From an uncultured cyanobacterium (lineage in GTDB: Bacteria > Cyanobacteriota > Cyanobacteriia > Cyanobacteriales > CAWCAG01), in assembly GCA_963803805.1 (NCBI GenBank), contig CAWDOD010000010.1, positions 64,001-128,000 of the forward strand: DNA of 64,000 bases. The letters are read 5' to 3'. Of this stretch, positions 55,971 to 64,000 are shown piece by piece. Below the pieces are notes generated by a model, which saw nothing but the letters and a program-made list of their open reading frames with translations, was not told where the DNA came from and made no database searches. The translations under genes were made by a program, and so were the position numbers. Position 1 is the first letter of the stretch. Every line of letters starts with the position of its first letter.

Positions 55971-56510
55971 TCAAAGAAAGCTAACGAAAAAGCTATAATT
56001 CAGCCAACCTAAGCCTATACCTACAAAACTAAATAGGGTAAGAATTGTAAATGCTTGCCATTCTCCGTAGCCTTCTTTTTGTAAATCCAACCGAGCCAAA
56101 GCTCCTGTGGTAAGGATAATTAGTAGACTTGTGAATACTTTGATCCAGCAGAACATGAGTACAGCAGCAAATGATAAGCTCATTATGGAAACAAAGGCGC
56201 TGGTATCCGATTTTAACCAACTACCAAAGCAGGTTCTAATCAGCTTAATGGGGGTAGTAAAGGCTCCAGCAAAGAGTAAAATGGAAACTACAACAATTAT
56301 CCATAAACCCCAGTAAGCAGTGGAGCTTGATGATAACCAGTTTAGAAAAGATGGTATTGATTTTAACCAAACTAGACGGGAAATATTTTCCTGCCACTCA
56401 TCTTCTCTGGCAATAACCGTACTTACTTTACCTATATGCCAACCAAAAACACTGTAAGCTAAAAGTAATAATCCTAAAGATAATTTGGGAACTCTAATTA
56501 AGAATGACAT
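55971..56510 (-). CDS. Hypothetical membrane protein
   Basis: 179 aa with multiple hydrophobic helices. Confidence 0.7.
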   Translation of the reverse strand: MSFLIRVPKLSLGLLLLAYSVFGWHIGKVSTVIAREDEWQENISRLVWLKSIPSFLNWLSSSSTAYWGLWIIVVVSILLFAGAFTTPIKLIRTCFGSWLKSDTSAFVSIMSLSFAAVLMFCWIKVFTSLLIILTTGALARLDLQKEGYGEWQAFTILTLFSFVGIGLGWLNYSFFVSFL

Positions 56511-56714
56511 AAGTTAAGCATTAAATGGCTTGAATAGGGTAGTTTATCGCTCTTTAAGCAAGAGAAGTGTGCTTGTCTACCCCCAGCAAGTTGTCCTTGG
56601 CTGTGATCGAATTCACAAAGCCTAATGATCTACATCGTTCTGCTTAGATAGAAAAATCGGCATACTTAGTATTGACTGAACTCTAGCCGAGTCATCAATA
56701 GGGAACACATTAGC

Positions 56715-56750
56715 AGCCGACAGATTCTGTATAGAAACTGTCGGTTTTTT
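56715..56750. terminator. Hairpin with T-tract between apcD and the membrane gene
   Basis: AGCCGACAG-14 nt-CTGTCGGTT followed by TTTT. Confidence 0.5.
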
Positions 56751-56873
56751 GTATAGGGATTTTTTGCTGAAGGCGAAGCATGGGATAGAAAAACATAAAA
56801 CTTAATGCTCAAACAATCTCAAACACTTCGCCCTAAGACAATTGTAATTTTACTTTGTCAATTTTTGTTTAGT

Positions 56874-57359
56874 TTAGGACATCGCTTGAATAATGTAGTC
56901 GAAGTAAGGGGCTGTTTCTTGAGCATCGTCTTCACTAAGTAAAGCTAAAGATGCCTCTTTTAAACAACGGATCGCTTCTACCATTCCAGGGACAGGTACA
57001 TCAAGGGCGTTGTACATCTCTCTGACACCGATCAAGCCGATATTCTCTATGGGGGCTTTGTCCCCAGCTAACACCCCATAGGTGATCAAGCGTAAATACC
57101 AGCCATAGTCCCGTAAACACTGTTTGCGTTCACGGTTTCCATTAGCATTGCCTCCAGGGGCAATAAAATCTGGACGCTTTTGCCAGAGATTTTTGCTGGC
57201 ACGATCAACTATCTTTTTTTCATTTTCTGCTAAGGTTTCAGCGATGCGTACTCGCTGCTCTCCGGTACACAAAAAATCTTTGATACCTTTGAGTTCTCCA
57301 CTGCTAGGATAGCGGAGTTCATCGTCTGCTTTGAGAATAACTTGACTAACTACACTCAT
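56874..57359 (-). CDS. apcD: Allophycocyanin B alpha subunit
   Basis: [23 protein letters not shown] and [15 protein letters not shown]; 161 aa from the ATG at 57359. Confidence 0.95.
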   Translation of the reverse strand: MSVVSQVILKADDELRYPSSGELKGIKDFLCTGEQRVRIAETLAENEKKIVDRASKNLWQKRPDFIAPGGNANGNRERKQCLRDYGWYLRLITYGVLAGDKAPIENIGLIGVREMYNALDVPVPGMVEAIRCLKEASLALLSEDDAQETAPYFDYIIQAMS

Positions 57360-57401
57360 GATATTTCGAGAACTTTTAATATCTGTTAGTTTAGCTACTC
57401 T

Positions 57402-58826
57402 ATGGGACACAAAGAAAGGGAGAAGGGTAGGGTGGAAAGTAACAAATTAAACAATCTTAATATTATTGACCATTGGCAACAAGGGAAATTAGTGGAGGTG
57501 GAAATTACTGATATTAGCGATCGCGGCGATGGTACAGGACGTTTCGGGGATCGTGTTGTTTTTGTGCAGCAAACTGTAACAGGGGATCGCGCTTTAGTTC
57601 GGTTAGTGCGGGTGAAATCGAAATATGCCTTCGGTAAATTAGAAAAACTTCTTACTCCTTCTCCCCATCGCATCCGCCCTCAATGTATTGTTGCCGATAA
57701 GTGCGGTGGCTGTCAGTGGCAACATATTAGTTATGAATATCAGTTAACAGTGAAGCAAAATCAGGTGCTGCAAGCTTTAAAGAGAATTGGCAAGTTTGAA
57801 AATCCTCTTGTTGCTTCTACCTTAGCTGTGGCTTCTCCTTTGGATTATCGTAATAAAGCTACCTATCCCCTCAAAAGAGCTACTAGTGGGAATGTACAGG
57901 CAGGTTACTATCGTGCTGGTAGTCATCAATTAATTAATCTTAATCAATGTCCAGTGCAAGATCAGAGATTAAATCCTCTTTTAGCTGAAGTAAAAGGAGA
58001 TATTCAAAAGCAAGGTTGGTCAATTTATAACGAAGAGTTAAATAGAGGTAAACTGCGGCATCTCTCTTTACGTATTGGTAAGCGTACTGGAGAAATGTTG
58101 CTAACTTTAGTCAGTCGGGAGGGTAACTTATCGCAATTGGAAAGCCAAGGCCAAGAATGGTTAGAACGCTATCCCTCTTTGGTAGGAGTTTGCCTGAATT
58201 TAAACCCTAATTCTACTAACGTTATTTTTGGTTCCCAAACTCTGAGTATTGTTGGGCAGCCTTATTTAACTGAAGAGTTTGCTGGACTAAAGTTTCAACT
58301 GTTGCCTCAAACCTTCTTCCAAGTCAATACAGAGGCAGCAGAGAAGTTATTAGAGGTAATTCATCAAAAATTAGATTTACAGGGTCATGAAGTCCTTGTA
58401 GATGCCTACTGTGGAATTGGCACTTTTACTTTACCCTTGGCTAAAAAGGTGCGGTTGGCTTTTGGTATAGAAGTACAAGCTGATTCTGTAGCGCAAGGAA
58501 AGTTGAATGCTCAGACTAATAAGATTAATAACGTTTCTTTTCTGTGCGGAACAGTAAAAACCTGTTTGCCGCAACTGGAATTAGTTCCAGATATTTTACT
58601 TCTCGACCCTCCTCGTAAGGGTTGCGATACTGCGGTTATAGAAACTATTTTGCAAATTCAGCCGCAACATTTGGTTTATGTTAGTTGTAAGCCAGCTACC
58701 TTAGCTAGGGATCTCAAACTTCTTTGTCAAAATGGAATTTACCAGTTGAATTTTGTCCAACCCGTAGATTTATTTCCTCAAACAGCCCATGTTGAATGTG
58801 TTGCTTTCTTAGAGAAAAGCAAATAA
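57402..58826 (+). CDS. rlmD: 23S rRNA (uracil-5)-methyltransferase RlmD
   Basis: TRAM domain, [26 protein letters not shown] and [11 protein letters not shown] motifs. Confidence 0.93.
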   Translation: MGHKEREKGRVESNKLNNLNIIDHWQQGKLVEVEITDISDRGDGTGRFGDRVVFVQQTVTGDRALVRLVRVKSKYAFGKLEKLLTPSPHRIRPQCIVADKCGGCQWQHISYEYQLTVKQNQVLQALKRIGKFENPLVASTLAVASPLDYRNKATYPLKRATSGNVQAGYYRAGSHQLINLNQCPVQDQRLNPLLAEVKGDIQKQGWSIYNEELNRGKLRHLSLRIGKRTGEMLLTLVSREGNLSQLESQGQEWLERYPSLVGVCLNLNPNSTNVIFGSQTLSIVGQPYLTEEFAGLKFQLLPQTFFQVNTEAAEKLLEVIHQKLDLQGHEVLVDAYCGIGTFTLPLAKKVRLAFGIEVQADSVAQGKLNAQTNKINNVSFLCGTVKTCLPQLELVPDILLLDPPRKGCDTAVIETILQIQPQHLVYVSCKPATLARDLKLLCQNGIYQLNFVQPVDLFPQTAHVECVAFLEKSK

Positions 58827-58843
58827 GGCTAAACTTTTATTTG

Positions 58844-59530
58844 CTATCTCCATTGCAAATTATTTGGTAGTTCTGCTGAGGTAAATTCAATGTGAATAAC
58901 TCTGCGGTCACTAGGATTCTGAGCAGTTTGAGAACTGTGAACTAGTAAAGGTTTCATGACTAGAATATCTCCTGCTAAAGCTGAGCAATTGATAGCAGTG
59001 GATTTGATTTTTTGAGTTCTTTCAGAGTTTAAAAGTCCTTGTTTATGGGAGCCTGGAATAATACGCAAACAGCCATTACTTGAATTAGTATCATCTAAAT
59101 GGAAGCGTAGAGTAATTATCGATTCAAGAATATTAATGGGAGGTTGAACATGAGGAATACCTGCTTTAATAGACCAAGGATAAAAACCTGGTGTTTCCAT
59201 CTTTTTTCTCACTGCAATAGTTAAATCTTGATGCCAAGGAACACTCCAATTAACTTGAGTATTTTTATTGAAAAAGAGACTGCGTACAGGAATCATATTT
59301 TCACCAGTTATTGAAGAAACTAGGGAAATAATTGTTGTTGAGGTACAAATTTGCTGTACTTCTGGAACTAGTTCTAAAAGATTGCGTAAACCGTATTTTG
59401 GTAAACTTCTTTTATTGATTACTGAGTTCAGGGCAGTTTTCAGAATTTTAACTTGCTTTTCTGTTAAAAATTGAGGAATGATACAGAAACCTTCTTTGGC
59501 AATTAATTGAGAGTATCTTTTAGAACTCAT
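58844..59530 (-). CDS. Phytanoyl-CoA dioxygenase (Fe/2-oxoglutarate) family protein
   Basis: WHQD, HLDD..NGCL..IPGSH and HSS..RRVIH motifs. Confidence 0.88.
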   Translation of the reverse strand: MSSKRYSQLIAKEGFCIIPQFLTEKQVKILKTALNSVINKRSLPKYGLRNLLELVPEVQQICTSTTIISLVSSITGENMIPVRSLFFNKNTQVNWSVPWHQDLTIAVRKKMETPGFYPWSIKAGIPHVQPPINILESIITLRFHLDDTNSSNGCLRIIPGSHKQGLLNSERTQKIKSTAINCSALAGDILVMKPLLVHSSQTAQNPSDRRVIHIEFTSAELPNNLQWR

Positions 59531-59624
59531 AGATTAATTGATAAAAGTGTTATTGATTTTGCTCTCCTAGATTTTAATATAGAGAGTGAGGTAATGTTTC
59601 TATCAAAAATTAACAAATATAATT

Positions 59625-60686
59625 ATGTCTAAATTAGAAATACAAAACTTAAGAAAAGAATATGCAGCTAATGTAGTTCCGGTTAAAGATATTAGTATCA
59701 ACGTAGAAGACGGAGAATTTCTTACCCTTCTTGGCCCTTCAGGTTGTGGCAAATCTACTTTACTACGTTTAATTGCTGGCTTAGAGCCTCCTACGAAAGG
59801 AAATGTTGTTATTGGCAGTCGCAATGTTAACAAAATTGCACCGGGCGATCGCAACATAGCTATGGTATTTCAAAGTTATGCCCTGTATCCCCATATGAGT
59901 GTCGCGGAAAATATTGGTGCAGCTTTAAAGTTAAGAAAAATCTCCTCAGAGGAAATCAAAAATCGAGTCACAGAAGCAGCTTATAAACTGGGTTTAGAAA
60001 ACTTATTAGATAGAAAACCAGGACAACTTTCCGGGGGACAAAGACAAAGGGTTGCTTTAGCCCGTGCCTTAGTACGAAACCCTGATGTATTTTTGTTAGA
60101 TGAGCCGTTAAGTAACTTAGATGCTTTATTACGGGAACAGGTGCGGGCAGATTTAAAACAGTTATTCAAAGAGCAAAACAAGCCGGTTGTCTACGTTACT
60201 CATGATCAAACCGAAGCCATGACTTTATCGAGTAAAGTTGCTGTATTGCTTGACGGCTTAGTACAACAACTTGATCCTCCTAGTCGTATTTATAGCCATC
60301 CGGCTAATCAATTCGTAGCTGGTTTTGTAGGCAGTCCTCAAATGAATCTCTTAACTCTTTTGTGCGAAGGAGATTTGGCCATTTTAGGAGATTTTAAAAT
60401 TCCTTTACCAAAGTTAGCCACGAAACCGGCTCAAATAGTCTTAGGCATTCGTCCTGAAGATATTGGTATCATTCCTACAGAAGAATCCTTAACCATACAA
60501 GGAGAAGTATTTCTGGTAGAAGGATTAGGTAAAGAAAACTTAGTCAGTCTCAAAGTACAAGGATCTGATACTACGATCAGAGCTTTAGTTCCTGCTGATT
60601 ATCAGTGGGAAGGAGATTTTTTAAATCTATCTGTTTCTCAAAAGCAGCTTCACTGGTTTGAAATTAAAACCGGAGAACGTTTTTAA
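59625..60686 (+). CDS. Sugar ABC transporter ATP-binding subunit (MalK-like)
   Basis: GPSGCGKST, FQSYALYPHM, LSGGQRQR and DEPLSNLD motifs. Confidence 0.93.
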   Translation: MSKLEIQNLRKEYAANVVPVKDISINVEDGEFLTLLGPSGCGKSTLLRLIAGLEPPTKGNVVIGSRNVNKIAPGDRNIAMVFQSYALYPHMSVAENIGAALKLRKISSEEIKNRVTEAAYKLGLENLLDRKPGQLSGGQRQRVALARALVRNPDVFLLDEPLSNLDALLREQVRADLKQLFKEQNKPVVYVTHDQTEAMTLSSKVAVLLDGLVQQLDPPSRIYSHPANQFVAGFVGSPQMNLLTLLCEGDLAILGDFKIPLPKLATKPAQIVLGIRPEDIGIIPTEESLTIQGEVFLVEGLGKENLVSLKVQGSDTTIRALVPADYQWEGDFLNLSVSQKQLHWFEIKTGERF

Positions 60687-60816
60687 AAACCAGGCAGTAT
60701 TTTAAGAACTAGTGTGTCCTAATTACATTGAGGGATAATTTTTAGGATAAAAGGTTGTCCTCAAATAACCCCTTTCCCGTCAATTGAAGATTGATTGGCT
60801 ACAAGGCTACTAACCT

Positions 60817-61491
60817 TCAAATCAAATACTCTAACTCTAAATTAGCAGCTACCTGAGCCAGCTTATTCTTATCTTGGGGATCAGCTAAATGAGGCAACAA
60901 TCCCAACACAGGAAGATTAGTTAACGACTGGATCAAATCAATCGGTGTCCAATCGGCTAACTTTTCCTCCGTACCCGCTTCTCGACAATTAAGTACAATT
61001 CCTTTCAAAGAAACACCAAATTGCTTCGCTAAAGCCACATTTGCCACAGTTTGCGCGATCGCCCCCAACTTAATAGGAACTACTAAAATTGTGGGCAAAC
61101 GCCAATCCCTAGCCAGATCCGCAACTATTAACTCAGAAGTAACTGGTGAACCCAAACCTCCCAAAGCTTCCACAACCACCAAATCTCGCTGTTTTTGTAA
61201 ATGGTTTAAAGTTTGCCAAACCCTGCCTAGATTAACTTCTTTCCCTTCCCTTTCTGAGGCTATAGGAGGGGCAACAGGAGTATCAAAACACAAAGGAGCA
61301 ATTTCTTCAGAAGATTGGGGTAAAGAAAAAAGTTGCTGGTACAACTCGCGATCACCAATTCCCGTTTGTACCAGTTTCATCAACCCCAACTTATCCAAAG
61401 AACGATATTTTTCCCAGTAAGCAACCAAACAAGTTGTCAAAACCGTCTTGCCTACTTCTGTATCAGTTCCTGTTATTAGTAAGTTAGCCAT
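60817..61491 (-). CDS. bioD: Dethiobiotin synthase
   Basis: [11 protein letters not shown] and [10 protein letters not shown] motifs. Confidence 0.92.
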   Translation of the reverse strand: MANLLITGTDTEVGKTVLTTCLVAYWEKYRSLDKLGLMKLVQTGIGDRELYQQLFSLPQSSEEIAPLCFDTPVAPPIASEREGKEVNLGRVWQTLNHLQKQRDLVVVEALGGLGSPVTSELIVADLARDWRLPTILVVPIKLGAIAQTVANVALAKQFGVSLKGIVLNCREAGTEEKLADWTPIDLIQSLTNLPVLGLLPHLADPQDKNKLAQVAANLELEYLI

Positions 61492-61545
61492 TGAGAATTA
61501 TTAGTTGCTTATTATTAGCTTTTTGGTTATGAGTCATGGACTAGC

Positions 61546-63296
61546 TTAACTCTGCGTGGGAGATGGGCTTGGGGGAGTTGGTGTAGGAGTTGGTGCAGGG
61601 GTTGGCGTTGGTGTAGGAGTTGGTGCAGGGGTTGGCGTTGGTGTAGGAGTTGGTGCAGGGGTTGGCGTTGGTGTAGGAGTTGGTGCAGGGGTTGGTGTAG
61701 GAGTTGGTGCAGGGGTTGGTGCAGGGGTTGGTGCAGGGGTTGGTACGGCTACTTGTTGTAAACGGATATTAAGTTGATAATCATACTGTTCATCCTCTAA
61801 GCCAGCCACCGGTTCTAAGCGAACAATATAGTTTCCAGAAGTAGTAAGCTGTCCTTGCCAACTTTTCACTCCTTGGGCCCAGGTGCTACTAAAGTACCAT
61901 TTGGCTCGTATACTGACATCAAAACCCCTGGACTACTCACTGTAACAATCAAAACTTGGTTAGCTTGTGCCGGGACAATGTAATCTAAGATTTGATTTGG
62001 TTCCAAGCGTCCTTGAGTAGAAAATACTCCACCAGCACTAATATTTAGGAGTTCCTTCTTCACATCAGGAGATTGAGTTGCTGTAGGAGAAATAGTAGGA
62101 CTAGGAGTAATCTCCTCATTATCAGAACCAAAAATTGATCTCACTATCAGCCAAGATATCAATCCTACTGCTACGGCAATCAGCAAAGTTGCCCCGGCTA
62201 TAGCCAAAGGATTTTCCCAAAAAGAACCATCACCTTCACTAGGAATAATTGCTGGAGGATCTTCATCTGTATCCCTACTACTAGAAGGTGCGGCAACTGA
62301 AGTTGGGGGTAAAGGTTGCCCTACAGCAACAGTTTCTGCTTGAGAAACTCCCTGTCTTAGCTCTGGATGCTCTTGAGCTACTTGAGGGGGAGGAGTAAGG
62401 ATAGTTGTGGTCGTGGGGCTAGAAATAGCTGCTAGGGCTTGGAAAACTTCGTCTGCTGATTGATACCGATCCCCTGGTTGATGGGCCAACATCCGGTTCA
62501 AAACATTAGCAAACTGTTCATCTGTTCCTGCCCAGGTTCGCCAATTCCAACTTAGTTGAACATCATCATATAACTCACTAGGAGGCTTACCCGTTAGCAT
62601 TACTATTGCCGTAACAGCTAAAGAATAAAGATCACTACTAGGATAAGCCTGTCCTCTTTGAATTTGTTCTGGAGGAGCATAACCCAACTTACCCACTGTT
62701 GTAGGTAGAGCATTCATATCTTCTGATTGAAATTGAGTTGCTAACTGTTTAACCACCCCAAAATCAATCAACACAGGTAAACTAATTTGCTGCCCTGCTT
62801 CATTAGTCGCAATGGGAGCATCTGGCAAAATAATATTGTCGGGAGCAATATCCCGGTGAATAATCCCTTTATTGTGAATATAAGAAAGAACTGGTAAAAG
62901 CTGCTGTAAAGTATCTAAAACTTCAGCTTCTGAGAAAGTTTGTCCGCGCGATCGCCTCTCTCCCAACAATTCCCGATAAGTTTTACCCTCCACATAATCT
63001 TGCACAAAAAACAAGCGTCCCTCTTCCTCAAAAGTAGAGCGAAATTGAGGAACTTGGGGATGTTGGATTTGATAGAGTGTCGTTGCTTCTCTTTGAAATA
63101 ATTCCCGTGATTTTTCTAGAACGTACTCTGAATCTTGGTTAGGAATCAATTCCTTAAGCACACAAGATTCATTAAAACGTCCTTCATCTTCAGCTAGGTA
63201 GGTACGAGCAAAACCTCCCTGACCAAGAACCCTAATTACACGATAACGATTATTCAGTAACGTATCTGGAGAAATAGGCGCTTGTATTTCTGACAT
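61546..63296 (-). CDS. Membrane Ser/Thr protein kinase with extracellular domain and Pro/Thr tail, split by a frameshift near 61878
   Basis: [17 protein letters not shown] and GYAPPE motifs plus a TM helix. Adding one G at GGGCCC gives [12 protein letters not shown] and joins the two ORFs. Confidence 0.88.
61577..61746 (-). repeat. Coding tandem repeat (PT/PA linker)
   Basis: Three exact copies of a 30-bp unit plus 12-bp units, encoding ([10 protein letters not shown])n. Confidence 0.9.
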
Positions 63297-63661
63297 AGGT
63301 TATATTTTTCGGCATCAGATATCCCTCATTTGAAGACAGGGACTAAGATGCACTCTCCTTAGTAAAGTTAGTAAATTATTGTTTTTTGGTGAGGATATTA
63401 ATAAAATCCTGTATCGCCATAATCATAGAAGGTAGAAGGGATTTTTTGAAGTTCAAGACCATTAAGAAAAAAATACAGCTTACTCTAGTATCGACTTAGT
63501 TATAAAGACTTTTACTACCGACGAGTTTGATTAATCTAAATTAACATTCTTCCTCAGTTAACTCCTATCAGAACCTAGTAGATCTTCAAAAGATTAATAT
63601 TTGCCAAACTTTATTGGTTAGGATGGTAAAACTGTAATGAATCGAGGTTCAAGAGTCTGTT

Positions 63662-64000
63662 GTGAGCCATTCTGCAACATTACCGCTTCACTCAACCCTG
63701 GCATCCCTTTCTGACAACAATCGCCTGCGATTATTTTCTGGTTCTTCTAATCTAGTCCTCTCGCGAGAAGTGGCTCGCTATTTGGGCATGGATCTGGGCC
63801 GATGATTCGCAAAAGATTTGCTGATGGAGAACTATATGTTCAAATTCAAGAATCTATTAGGGGATGCGATGTTTATTTAATACAACCCTGTTGTTACCCC
63901 GTTAACGACCACTTGATGGAATTACTAATTATGATTGATGCCTGCCGTCGGGCTTCAGCACGCCAAATTACGGCAGTAATTCCTTACTATGGTTATGCAA
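63662..64000 (+). CDS. prs: Ribose-phosphate pyrophosphokinase, 5' part (frameshift near 63800; runs off the window)
   Basis: [22 protein letters not shown], then in a shifted frame [41 protein letters not shown]. Confidence 0.92.

Noticed and set aside
57360-57410. N-terminal extension of ApcD in the ORF track
   Set aside because: The canonical ApcD start MSVV is at 57359, and the extension overlaps the rlmD start.
61556-61777. Gly/Val-rich 73-aa ORF
   Set aside because: It is the antisense shadow of the Pro/Thr repeat in the kinase tail.

Overview
Cyanobacterial chromosomal window. Evidence: more than 30 HIP1 octamers GCGATCGC, apcD, crtH, crtO, ebsA and PEP-CTERM proteins. Most genes are housekeeping or signalling (secA, leuA, rlmD, bioD, prs, Hsp70-like, kinases, glycosyltransferases). 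The standout is a minus-strand operon at about 15.2-18.5 kb, in this order: a 66-aa ubiquitin-like ORF, four structured ncRNA units, an extra ribosomal protein bL12 paralog, a fifth minimal ncRNA unit, and a divergent TROVE/Ro60-like vWA protein. All five RNA units share a covarying closing stem but carry different cargo: three circularly permuted tRNA domains (YrlA/Y-RNA-like), one normally ordered tRNA body with a CAU anticodon, and one empty unit. A LexA-like box lies upstream. Also present: an orphan one-spacer CRISPR mini-array beside an intact IS982 element, REP-like palindromes inserted in frame in a WD40 gene, and several single-base lesions clustered at GATC/GGCC motifs that are probably sequencing artefacts. 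All calls come from reading the sequence by eye; no searches were run.
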